A stretch of DNA of 56,072 nucleotides, from sequence record SRR20825019_2782; one strand, written 5' to 3'. Of the stretch, positions 36,432 to 45,817 are shown in pieces. Every line of letters starts with the position of its first letter. Position 1 is the stretch's first letter. A program made the position numbers and the translations under genes. The notes beneath the pieces are model-generated. The model was given only the letters and a program-made list of their open reading frames with translations. It made no database searches and was not told the origin of the DNA.

Positions 36432-37706
36432 TTACGATTTTCTTCCAAATTTCTTGTGAGCGCTCGCAAATTGTCCAGCAGATAAAGCCGCCGCGATTGA
36501 AAGTTCACCCGAGAGCACCAATGCTCCACAAATCTCTGCATATTTACGTGCATTTCCTGCTCCGTAACATTCCATTAATTCCAAACATTCTCGCTGTGTG
36601 GGTAAACCTGTTCCACCGCCAACCGTTCCAACCACCAGGTTTGGGAGAGTAACCGAAGCGTATAAACCGCCATTTTCCGTTAATTCCATTCGTGTGATTC
36701 CAACAGCTGCTTCCGCTACACACGCAACATCTTGTCCAGTAGCCATGAATAGAGCACACAGCCCATTCGCTACGTGTCCTTGCGCCCCAAAAGCACCACT
36801 TTGAATCACCCCGACTGTTGATGTTCGCCAATATTCCGCCATTAACTCAGGCGTCGTGCGGAGTACTTTCTCGACAATTTCTCTTTCCAAAGTTACCTCA
36901 GCCGACACTTTTTTCCCGCGTACATGGGTGAATGAACGCGCTGTGGCTTTCTTATCACCACTATAATTTCCTTCAATGAACCAAAAATTCGGTTGAATCG
37001 GTGCATTTTCAATAATGAACCTACAAATGGCCTCTGTGCACAAAGTGACCATATTTTGTCCAGCTGCATCACCCGTTTTGAACTCCATTGTTAAAATCAA
37101 ATGATTTCCTTCGATATTCGCTCCTAAATCGATCAGTTTTGCAAAACGACTATTTTCAGCAGTAATTGCCTGGAATTTTGGCATTTGTGGAATCACCCAC
37201 ACCAAAAACTTCCCTAAATCCCCCATGTCGTTAAACTTGAATACTGGACTCCGCTGCAAGGCCTCCAAATAACAAATTGACGTAATTCCTCCTGCTTTTC
37301 TCGTTGCTCTAGCTCCACGATTATAGGATGCAACTAACGCACCTTCCGAAGTCGCAAGTGGAACATAGTAATCCCCTTTTGCATCTGTTCCGATCACGTG
37401 CAACGGACCAATTACGCCAGTCGGAACCATTGTCATTCCTAAGAAATTCTCAATATTCCCTTCCAAACTTTTAATATCGGAAAATGGCTTTTTTCCTGTT
37501 AAGAACTCAAATTTCTTGCCTCTTTCTTCGAGAAAATCGATTCGTTTTTGCGTCCCTTCTACACTCGGCTTTACCTCCACTGGAATCGTACTTGCCGATT
37601 CTGAAATGGGTATTTTTTTCTTGATGGAATCAATAATCATTTCCAAGTTATGCGTACTACTTATGTGATCAAAAGCTTTCTTGGCTTCGCTATTTTCATT
37701 GGTCAT
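36432..37706 (-). CDS. Class I-type HMG-CoA reductase-like protein
   Basis: ENFLG, PLATSEGALVAS, TGDAAGQNM, GNYSGDKK, GQD, VGTVGGGT, GELS, C-terminal His (SAH). Confidence 0.9.
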   Translation of the reverse strand: MTNENSEAKKAFDHISSTHNLEMIIDSIKKKIPISESASTIPVEVKPSVEGTQKRIDFLEERGKKFEFLTGKKPFSDIKSLEGNIENFLGMTMVPTGVIGPLHVIGTDAKGDYYVPLATSEGALVASYNRGARATRKAGGITSICYLEALQRSPVFKFNDMGDLGKFLVWVIPQMPKFQAITAENSRFAKLIDLGANIEGNHLILTMEFKTGDAAGQNMVTLCTEAICRFIIENAPIQPNFWFIEGNYSGDKKATARSFTHVRGKKVSAEVTLEREIVEKVLRTTPELMAEYWRTSTVGVIQSGAFGAQGHVANGLCALFMATGQDVACVAEAAVGITRMELTENGGLYASVTLPNLVVGTVGGGTGLPTQRECLELMECYGAGNARKYAEICGALVLSGELSIAAALSAGQFASAHKKFGRKS

Positions 37707-37911
37707 GTGAACGAATTTAGGTTGAGATATCTCCTGCTAAAGATAAATTTTATCGCGAACAATCGATTAAGAAACGTTTAGAGAGCCTTTTAGTTAACAA
37801 AAATTGTTGAGTTTTAAGGGAATCTTTGAGACTTCTGACGACTCACTCATTTTGAATGGATTGTAGTAAATTTATCAATCGTTCATAACTGAATCCGTAA
37901 ACTGAATTACC

Positions 37912-38454
37912 TTGAGAATCTTAATTATATTGTCCGTTCTGTTTTTGGTTGCTATAAACACCAACTATTTTTGGAAGTATGCGCTTGGTTTAGCCGAAAT
38001 ACTGGCCTATCTCTTGCTACTAAGTGTATTTGTCTTTCTTTTAACAATGCTGATTTTACACTTCATTAAAGCAATCAAAGAAAAATTTCAATTTCGAAAA
38101 AGAAACATACTTGTAATCAGTTTAACAGCCGTCCTAGGACTAACCATCTACAAACCATTCGGATTAATTGATTTCAAACAATTTGAAGGCGCTGACTTGC
38201 TGGTTGCGAATAATGAAGGCGTCGCAAACTGTTTAACTTCTTTGCATTTGAAAGAAGATGGAATTTTCATTGAAGAAACATTTTGTTTTGGCCCAAGTAA
38301 AATATGCGGTACCTATGCGATTAAAAACGATACTATATGGTTTTCCCATAACTATGATTATTTGTATGCTACTGTGTCCAAAATGAACAACTTACATATT
38401 CTTAAACTACATCGAGAATATAAAAAAACTCCCGTCTTTTTTTATATTCTTTAG
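37912..38454 (+). CDS. Hypothetical membrane protein
   Basis: Three TMs, then a small domain with EGVANC...CFG. Confidence 0.7.
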   Translation: MRILIILSVLFLVAINTNYFWKYALGLAEILAYLLLLSVFVFLLTMLILHFIKAIKEKFQFRKRNILVISLTAVLGLTIYKPFGLIDFKQFEGADLLVANNEGVANCLTSLHLKEDGIFIEETFCFGPSKICGTYAIKNDTIWFSHNYDYLYATVSKMNNLHILKLHREYKKTPVFFYIL

Positions 38455-38509
38455 TGTTCACAGCAACAAAATCTTTACGATATTAGCACTATTAAAATTG
38501 CCCCCTCTG

Positions 38510-38932
38510 ATGACTCGTTTCTGCTCTATTTTGGTTTTCGTGCTCATTTCGGGTTGTGCTTTTAATCAAACAACGCTTTCTATTAATAATCATTCGTTTC
38601 AGATAGAGATTGAGGTGGTTGAAAATGATTGGGAATCGACGGATACGCTTTGTACATTATTCAGAATTGAAAATGGGAAACCTGTGAGCGTTTTGAAGTT
38701 CTACTCGTTTCAAGACAAGGGCGCAGATTGTAACAATGCATTTTGGTCGACAGAAAGTATGGAAATTAAAGCCGATAGTGTTTTCTTTACCACTCATTAT
38801 TTCCAAAGAACGGGTTTAGACCCAATTCCAGAATGGCGAAAACAAATTTATAAAGTGGACGAATCGGGCAAGTTTCATAAACTATACGATCGATACAAGT
38901 ACTACAATAGAAATGAATGGGTGATGGAATAA
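38510..38932 (+). CDS. Hypothetical lipoprotein
   Basis: Lipobox ISGC. Confidence 0.65.
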   Translation: MTRFCSILVFVLISGCAFNQTTLSINNHSFQIEIEVVENDWESTDTLCTLFRIENGKPVSVLKFYSFQDKGADCNNAFWSTESMEIKADSVFFTTHYFQRTGLDPIPEWRKQIYKVDESGKFHKLYDRYKYYNRNEWVME

Positions 38933-38974
38933 AGTAAACCCAAAACAAGCTAAAAACCTTATCAATTTACAGTT

Positions 38975-39532
38975 ATGCATAACAGTTCCTCAATGACCTT
39001 CGTATATAAGTACCTCTTCCCGATCTTTTTGATCGGTGGCTTCCTAATAGGCATTGTACTCGCTTGGAATAGCAGCAATTCGTTTTCCTATAATTGGTCT
39101 AGAAAGATGCTGCTCATCGTTGGTTTTGCTTCCATTTGGTTAGTAATAATGATGATGCGATTAAGGAGTGTGGAGGCAAAAACTGAGCATTTGGTTATTA
39201 AATCGGGAAGAAAACGTAAAATCGTTGAATATGAGAACATAGAGTGGATTACGCAATATGTCCTGATCAATCCCGTGATGATTTCAATGAAATACCGCGA
39301 TAAAGAAACGGGTGAATCAAAAAAGATTTTAATTCTCCCAAGCATACGTGATCAATTCTTTAAATTCAATTATTTTGGTGAACTGAAGATGACTGAATTT
39401 ATTCGGACACAAATTATAGCGAACAACTCGGGCTATTTGCAAAAAGAAGAACCTTCTCGTTGGCTTGCAGCACTTTTGATTTTTGCAACTGGTGTCCCCG
39501 TGGTAATTATCGCTGAGAGATATTTTAGTTAA
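38975..39532 (+). CDS. Hypothetical membrane protein (2 TM + PH-like soluble segment + TM)
   Basis: Hydrophobicity pattern only. Confidence 0.65.
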   Translation: MHNSSSMTFVYKYLFPIFLIGGFLIGIVLAWNSSNSFSYNWSRKMLLIVGFASIWLVIMMMRLRSVEAKTEHLVIKSGRKRKIVEYENIEWITQYVLINPVMISMKYRDKETGESKKILILPSIRDQFFKFNYFGELKMTEFIRTQIIANNSGYLQKEEPSRWLAALLIFATGVPVVIIAERYFS

Positions 39533-39577
39533 CACTTTGGGATGTATATGATTATTTCATTTCTAATTAAGCTCATT

Positions 39578-40132
39578 ATGAAATTTTGGATCATCAACAT
39601 TGCCGTTATTCTTCTTTTAGGATCATGCACTCAAACTCCCGAAAAAGAGCTAGAAACAGAAACGAAAAGCCCTCCACTTGGGTCAAATTCTACGCATCGT
39701 TCTTCATCAGGTATTAAAACAAAATTTACCCTAAATCATTCAATGCGTTATCCATATCACGAGGTAAGTATTTCAATTGAATCGCACGAAGAAGGCGCAG
39801 AAATTAATTTACATTGTGATCCCATGAAATACGACGGCAAAAAATGGACTTCCAATCCGTTAGACACTATCTACCTCATTTCGAAAAAGGAATACTATCA
39901 AATCACTCGATCCATTCGATCGATTGATGGTGGTAAAATGCTCCCCTATTTTAATACATCTGGAATGGACGGAACAGTTTGTACCCTAGAATACGGTACT
40001 TGGCAAAACTCGATCAAAATTTCAGTTTGGAGTCCTGGCTATGATACCAAAGAACGTGCGCTGGATGATTTTTTAGATGCTTGCGAAAAAATCATTAAAT
40101 CTGCCAAGTTAAATCCACGGGAGATTTTGTGA
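39578..40132 (+). CDS. Hypothetical lipoprotein
   Basis: Lipobox LGSC; GMDG...WSP motif. Confidence 0.7.
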   Translation: MKFWIINIAVILLLGSCTQTPEKELETETKSPPLGSNSTHRSSSGIKTKFTLNHSMRYPYHEVSISIESHEEGAEINLHCDPMKYDGKKWTSNPLDTIYLISKKEYYQITRSIRSIDGGKMLPYFNTSGMDGTVCTLEYGTWQNSIKISVWSPGYDTKERALDDFLDACEKIIKSAKLNPREIL

Positions 40133-40197
40133 GAAATGAAAATATGTAACGAGAAATAAATAGATTGGTTATTTCTTGAAGATTAAACGATAGTAAT

Positions 40198-40692
40198 ATG
40201 CGAACAATACCATTTTCATGCTTTGTGATTCTATTCTTTACTGGTGTATCGTGCACACGACAGGGTAAAAACGAGCAAAAGGAAAAAGAAGTTTTTCAGA
40301 TAAATATAGGTACATACTATACAAATGAGTGGAATCGAAGCGATACAGTTATTTTTAGTAAAACAAAGCCAAAATCAATCGTGCGTAACTGGAATCTACA
40401 CACTTGGGAGATTACGAAAGACTCCCTCTTTCAGCAAGACTGTCATGGTCTTAGTTCAAGTATGGGGGTAAGTAACGCCACATACACGCTTAATTTCGAC
40501 ACACTAGAGATTCAGTTCGATGGCATTGATTACGAAGGGCGTCAAGTAAACAATAACGATCCTATTATTGAAAAATATTTGATACTTCGCTCCAATGATA
40601 CTCTTCTGTCTCTAATTAGACTAGATGACAATTCACCGAATGGAAGAAGCCAAAAAACCAACAGGATTTCTGAAGAAATACGCTTGAAGTAA
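40198..40692 (+). CDS. Hypothetical lipoprotein
   Basis: Lipobox GVSC. Confidence 0.65.
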   Translation: MRTIPFSCFVILFFTGVSCTRQGKNEQKEKEVFQINIGTYYTNEWNRSDTVIFSKTKPKSIVRNWNLHTWEITKDSLFQQDCHGLSSSMGVSNATYTLNFDTLEIQFDGIDYEGRQVNNNDPIIEKYLILRSNDTLLSLIRLDDNSPNGRSQKTNRISEEIRLK

Positions 40693-40733
40693 TGTTTAAA
40701 TTCTTATCCTAGAAAAATCAATAAATTCACCCT

Positions 40734-41345
40734 ATGAGTAAACTCTTGATTTCAAGTTTAATCCTAATTCAGTGTACTTTTTTGAACGCCCAAAATGATT
40801 CACTAATAATCCACCCTTTTGATTTAAAAGTGGAATGTGGAATAGGAAACAAAAGTCACCTAGGTAATTTAGGAGTGTCTTCAAGTCTCTATTTTTCTCA
40901 ATTTACTAGTCTTCGAGGTTCCTTAGGGTTGGCCATCTTTAACTACGGAAGTATAATTGGATCAATTGGTCCAGAAGTAACATTTATTCATTGGAAAAAA
41001 AGCAATCTATCGATAGGAAGTACTTGGTCATATATAGGAGGATTATACGACATAATAGGAGATGACGATTCGTACGATCATTTTTTTTACCGTACTTCTA
41101 CGAGGCAAAACCTAAAGTTCTATATGAGTTACTCAATACTTACACAAAGTAATGCAGTGCTTGCTTTCCAGGTAGGATACAGTCACACAATTACCGAACC
41201 TTCATACAGCTTTAGTGGTCCCAGTGAGCCGACCGAAAAAGATATTCAAAGAATAGATCGGGGATTGAGTTCAGGATGGATGGCAACTGTTTCTATTGGT
41301 GGCTTAATCCGAAAAAAAATAGAAAATAGTCGTTGGTTAAAATAG
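40734..41345 (+). CDS. Exported protein, possibly a small outer-membrane beta-barrel
   Basis: Signal peptide; alternating Gly/aromatic beta-strand pattern. Confidence 0.55.
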   Translation: MSKLLISSLILIQCTFLNAQNDSLIIHPFDLKVECGIGNKSHLGNLGVSSSLYFSQFTSLRGSLGLAIFNYGSIIGSIGPEVTFIHWKKSNLSIGSTWSYIGGLYDIIGDDDSYDHFFYRTSTRQNLKFYMSYSILTQSNAVLAFQVGYSHTITEPSYSFSGPSEPTEKDIQRIDRGLSSGWMATVSIGGLIRKKIENSRWLK

Positions 41346-41391
41346 CAAACTATACCTGAATCATTTATTAAATTCCTGACTGAAATTTAAC

Positions 41392-41961
41392 GTGAGAAAG
41401 ACTTTCCAACCATATCAAAAAGCAGTTAATAAAGAAAAAATACCTCTAGAATACGATGAGTACTACTCTCAATCCATGTATCTAAATAGAATTTCAGACT
41501 TAGCTCCTGAGATGACCTTCATGTTAAAAAGGATGAGTAAAAAGCGCTTTATTTTAGGAGTTGTTCTGCTTTTCTCTCTGGGAGTAATCGGTGTTGCGCA
41601 AATTCCCGTTTTATTCGAAGAAATTGATTTAGTAATAGGTGTTGGATCATTCATGCTTCTATTCTTCTTTGTGACTTACGAATATTCTAAACGGAACATT
41701 TACACCTACACCGTTTCAGAAAAAGAGATTAGAATCAATCAATTCTCCTTTAAATGGGATTTAATTCAAGACATTCATCTACTCAAGGAAATTGAACCCA
41801 AAGCGATCAATTACTTTCTCGTTTTCAACTATGAGAACGTTGAACGAAAATTCCCATTGAACGATTTAACCGTTTCCGAATCCGAAATAAAACAGATTCT
41901 TTACATGTATCAGCGACTATGGATTAGAAATACGACCACCCAAGCGGACATTTTCCCATAA
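41392..41961 (+). CDS. Hypothetical membrane protein (2 TM + PH-like domain)
   Basis: Two TMs followed by a FKWDLIQDI pattern. Confidence 0.6.
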   Translation: MRKTFQPYQKAVNKEKIPLEYDEYYSQSMYLNRISDLAPEMTFMLKRMSKKRFILGVVLLFSLGVIGVAQIPVLFEEIDLVIGVGSFMLLFFFVTYEYSKRNIYTYTVSEKEIRINQFSFKWDLIQDIHLLKEIEPKAINYFLVFNYENVERKFPLNDLTVSESEIKQILYMYQRLWIRNTTTQADIFP

Positions 41962-42077
41962 ACGTTTCAATTCGCAACTAACTGTTAGAAATACAGAGGT
42001 TAATTCTATTCATAAAATGATAAGCGGTTGAATACATTACTTGAGAAAATTTATCTTTACTCATCTAAAAAATACCT

Positions 42078-45000
42078 ATGAGACTCCTCGCGATCTATCT
42101 TATTTTATTTTCATCACACTCCTTCGCTCAATCATATTTCCAACAAGAAGTGAATTATATTATTCAGGTGACACTTGATGATCAGAATCACTATTTGCGT
42201 GGTGAAGAAGAGTTTGAGTATGTAAACAATTCTCCTGATCAACTCGATAAAATATACATCCATCTTTGGCCAAACGCCTATCGAGATGGAAGCTCGGCAC
42301 TTGGAAAACAATTGTATGGGAACGGTGAAGATCTTCTGAAATTTGGAGCTGACTCTGTGAAAGGAAACATTGATTCACTCGATTTTAAGCTAAATCATCA
42401 ACCAGTAAAATGGAGCTACGATGCCGAAAACATGGATATCTGTATCATTGAACTTCCAATGCCTTTGAAACCAGGTGAAAGAATCTCTATCTCAACACCA
42501 TTCAGCGTGAAAATTCCTTCAGGAGAAATTTCTCGACTTGGACACATTGATCAGTCGTATCAAATTACGCAGTGGTATCCAAAACCAGCGGTCTACGACA
42601 AAAATGGTTGGAATCCGATTCCATATTTAAACCAAGGAGAGTTTTATTCTGAATACGGTTCCTTTGACGTCTCCATTACACTTCCTGAAAATTATGTAGT
42701 TGGAGCCACGGGAGATTTACAAACGGAATCTGAACTTGCCTTTCTTAATCAGAAAGCGAAAGAAGGTGAAACCAAGTACAGAAAAGAAGGGGTTGATAAA
42801 AAATCACTTAAAGGATCGAACGATTTTCCTCCATCGAGTAAAACAGTTAAAACAATCCGCTACAAGCAGTCGAACGTGCATGATTTTGCATGGTTTGCAG
42901 ATAAACGCTATCAGGTATTGAAAGGCGAAATAACACTTCCCCACTCTGGACGAAAAGTGAATTCATGGGCGCTCTTCACACCGAAAAATGCACCGTTGTG
43001 GTCCAACGCAATCGAATACATTAACGATGGTACTTATTATTATTCCCTTTGGAATGGAGATTACCCGTACAATAACGTAACCGCTGTAGACGGAACTATT
43101 AGTGCAGGTGGAGGAATGGAGTATCCAAATGTAACGGTGATTGGAAATGCTTCGAATGCCAACGAATTAGAAGTTGTGATTGTACACGAAGTTGGACATA
43201 ACTGGTTTTATGGGCAATTGGGAAGTAACGAGCGTGTGCACGGTTGGATGGACGAGGGAATGAATACACACAACGAAGTGCGTTACATGCAGACTAAATA
43301 TCCTGACAACACAGCGATGTCTGATATGGTAATGAACGGAAGATTTCACATGGATCATCTTTCTCATCATGATATGAACGATATTTTCTTCCGTACGGTA
43401 GCTATGTTGGGGGAAGATCAACCCATAGAGACACACTCAGCAGAATTTACATCTGCCAATTATGGGGTAGTAATGTATCAGAAAACGGGACTCGTATTTC
43501 ATTATTTAATGGACTATTTAGGGGAAGAAAAATTTGACGCTTGTATGCAAGAGTACTACCGTCAATGGGAATTTAAGCATCCGATGCCCGAAGATATGCG
43601 TAAAGTGTTGGAAGATTGTTCTGGTAAGGATTTATCTTGGTTATTTGATGATTTGATTAACACAACGAATCACATTGACTACAAAGTTGTGAGGGCAAAA
43701 ACGGTAGGAGATCAAACGCAAGTGAAAGTGAAAAATGTTGGACAAGTAAACGGCCCAATTCCTGTGAGTATTGTTAATGAAAAAGGCGAACGTGTTTCTG
43801 AAATCTGGATCGAACCTTCAACAGATAAAAAGACAACTTTAACAATGCCAGGGACTGGGGCGATTATGATTGATTACAATAAGCATGTCCCTGAGTTGAA
43901 CAGAGCAAACAATGGCTTCAAAAGCAGCGGATTGTTTAAAAAACATGAAAAACCTAAGTTCGAATTTCTTTTCGGAGATAACGAGCGTGAGCATTCTAAT
44001 GTATACTGGACTCCGCTTATCGGAGGAAATCAATACGATAACTTAATGCTCGGTGCGGCATTCCATAATTACTCGATTGCGCCAAGCAAGTATCAATATT
44101 TTGTGGCTCCACTCTATTCTTTTGGGCGAAATTCTGTTTCTGGCGTAGCTGATTTCAACGTGGTTTCTCACCCGAAAAAAGCATTTAAACTTTCGCGTTT
44201 CGGGTTCTCCGTAAAGTCATTCAAACACGATACAACTTATCGCAATAATGATTCTTATTTCATTACTGTTCAACCGTATTGGTTTGCAAAAATTGGAAGT
44301 CGAAATAAGAAAGCTGTTAATTACTCAAACAGCATTCGTATACAGTCGATGTATCGCAAGGATCAATTCGGTCCAACCCACTTTGAGCACGTTGGGGCCT
44401 ATGCACAATACGAGTTCAATTATGACGTGACTGATCATCGCGTAAATGTACAAGTTCGTAATACCTATCTAGCGAATGTTAAAAACTCAGATCAGTTTGC
44501 CCGAGCAACGGTTGAAGCACAATATGGCTTCCGATATTTACGTAAGAAAAAATCGCGAGAAATTGAGGTAAGATGGTTCGGTGGATTACAATATTTTGAT
44601 CAAATCAAGTTCAACAATTCCCCGATTGGACAATTTAACCCAGAACAATACGCAATGTCGCTGTCGGGAGAGTCTGGCGCTCAAGATTTATTTGTGGATC
44701 AATATTATTTCGGAAGAAATGCTACCTCAGGGTTGTGGTCGCAGCAGCGAAATTCAAACATGGGTGGATTCAGAAATGCAGGAAACTATGGAACGGTAGA
44801 CCAATGGATGACGACCGGAAATGTTTGGTTAGAACTTCCTTACATTCCTAAATTAATTGGTGGTTTTGCTGATTTCGGTGCATTTTACGATGGTTTTTCT
44901 GTAAAGACTGCCGCAAACATCGGAGTTGGTTTGCAACTCAAAGATGTCTTCGGGGTTTACTTCCCATTGTGGATGTCGAGCGATTTAGATGCATCGTACG

Positions 45001-45086
45001 GAAACGCCTCTTATAGTCAAAGAATCAAATTCACATTGAAATTTAATGTGTTGCAGAATCCACCGCGATTAAACAATATCTTTTAA
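42078..45086 (+). CDS. M1-family zinc aminopeptidase with a long C-terminal extension
   Basis: GGMEYP; HEVGHNWF...WMDEG (HExxH-x18-E); VHDFAW. Confidence 0.92.
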   Translation: MRLLAIYLILFSSHSFAQSYFQQEVNYIIQVTLDDQNHYLRGEEEFEYVNNSPDQLDKIYIHLWPNAYRDGSSALGKQLYGNGEDLLKFGADSVKGNIDSLDFKLNHQPVKWSYDAENMDICIIELPMPLKPGERISISTPFSVKIPSGEISRLGHIDQSYQITQWYPKPAVYDKNGWNPIPYLNQGEFYSEYGSFDVSITLPENYVVGATGDLQTESELAFLNQKAKEGETKYRKEGVDKKSLKGSNDFPPSSKTVKTIRYKQSNVHDFAWFADKRYQVLKGEITLPHSGRKVNSWALFTPKNAPLWSNAIEYINDGTYYYSLWNGDYPYNNVTAVDGTISAGGGMEYPNVTVIGNASNANELEVVIVHEVGHNWFYGQLGSNERVHGWMDEGMNTHNEVRYMQTKYPDNTAMSDMVMNGRFHMDHLSHHDMNDIFFRTVAMLGEDQPIETHSAEFTSANYGVVMYQKTGLVFHYLMDYLGEEKFDACMQEYYRQWEFKHPMPEDMRKVLEDCSGKDLSWLFDDLINTTNHIDYKVVRAKTVGDQTQVKVKNVGQVNGPIPVSIVNEKGERVSEIWIEPSTDKKTTLTMPGTGAIMIDYNKHVPELNRANNGFKSSGLFKKHEKPKFEFLFGDNEREHSNVYWTPLIGGNQYDNLMLGAAFHNYSIAPSKYQYFVAPLYSFGRNSVSGVADFNVVSHPKKAFKLSRFGFSVKSFKHDTTYRNNDSYFITVQPYWFAKIGSRNKKAVNYSNSIRIQSMYRKDQFGPTHFEHVGAYAQYEFNYDVTDHRVNVQVRNTYLANVKNSDQFARATVEAQYGFRYLRKKKSREIEVRWFGGLQYFDQIKFNNSPIGQFNPEQYAMSLSGESGAQDLFVDQYYFGRNATSGLWSQQRNSNMGGFRNAGNYGTVDQWMTTGNVWLELPYIPKLIGGFADFGAFYDGFSVKTAANIGVGLQLKDVFGVYFPLWMSSDLDASYGNASYSQRIKFTLKFNVLQNPPRLNNIF

Positions 45087-45676
45087 TGAAATACAAAAAA
45101 TGGCTTTGGTTAATCGGAATAACACTAGTAGTTTTTATTGGCTGTAAGCAAGTCGTTAAAAAAGTCAATTTAAACCCTAGCCATAGCGTTGGAGATGCGC
45201 TTGATAGCTTGAACCATGTGATTGTGTATTACAATGGTGGCGTTGGAAACGTGGAAGAACGAAATACTGTCGACGGTTACAATATTGGATTAAAATACCA
45301 ATGCGTTGAATTCGTTAAACGCTATTATTTTGAATTTTACAAACATAGAATGCCAGACAGTTACGGTCACGCAAAAAGTTTCTTTCAGGAAGGAATTTCA
45401 GACGGTGGACGGAATTCTCAACGAGACTTGCTTCAATTCACGAACCCTAGTAATCACCAACCAAAAGTGGGCGATTTGGTCGTGATGGATGGTACCATTT
45501 GGAACGACTATGGTCACGTGGCGATTATTTCTGAGGTCAGCGATACCGAGATTGAAATTATTCAACAGAATCCCGGTCCATATTCGCCTTCGAGAGTAAA
45601 ATTCGACCTTACGAAGGAGGGGGATTCATGGAACATTGACCATTCAGAGTTGTTGGGCTGGCTGCGAAAAGAATAG
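45086..45676 (+). CDS. CHAP-domain lipoprotein (Gsp-amidase-like)
   Basis: Lipobox FIGC; catalytic QCVEFVKRY, YGHVAII, QQN. Confidence 0.88.
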   Translation: MKYKKWLWLIGITLVVFIGCKQVVKKVNLNPSHSVGDALDSLNHVIVYYNGGVGNVEERNTVDGYNIGLKYQCVEFVKRYYFEFYKHRMPDSYGHAKSFFQEGISDGGRNSQRDLLQFTNPSNHQPKVGDLVVMDGTIWNDYGHVAIISEVSDTEIEIIQQNPGPYSPSRVKFDLTKEGDSWNIDHSELLGWLRKE

Positions 45677-45691
45677 AAATCAAGATGCTTA

Positions 45692-45740
45692 TAAAAACAA
45701 AACCCTGAAGTTTGCGTGAGCAGGGACGACAGGGGATTAC
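45692..45740 (-). ncRNA. Candidate small RNA divergent from the Abi gene (possible RNA antitoxin)
   Basis: The minus strand reads TACCTTTG (-7 box, 45752-45745), then GTAATCCCCTGTCGTCCCTGCTCACGCAAACTTCAGGG, then TTTTGTTTTT. No minus-strand CDS ends here. Confidence 0.5.
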
Positions 45741-45817
45741 AATACAAAGGTAAAGAAAAAATTAATATATTTAGTAGAACTTAACTAACTATTTTTAAAA
45801 ACCTAACCTATTACAGC

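Noticed and set aside
37912-41961. Integron cassette array
   Set aside because: No intI, and no attC-like RYYYAAC...GTTRRRY inverted structure in the spacers. Kept only as an ORFan array.
45562-45747. 61-aa minus-strand ORF as a protein antitoxin
   Set aside because: Its TTG start lies inside the -7 promoter box, and it runs through the hairpin/U-tract and antisense into the CHAP gene.
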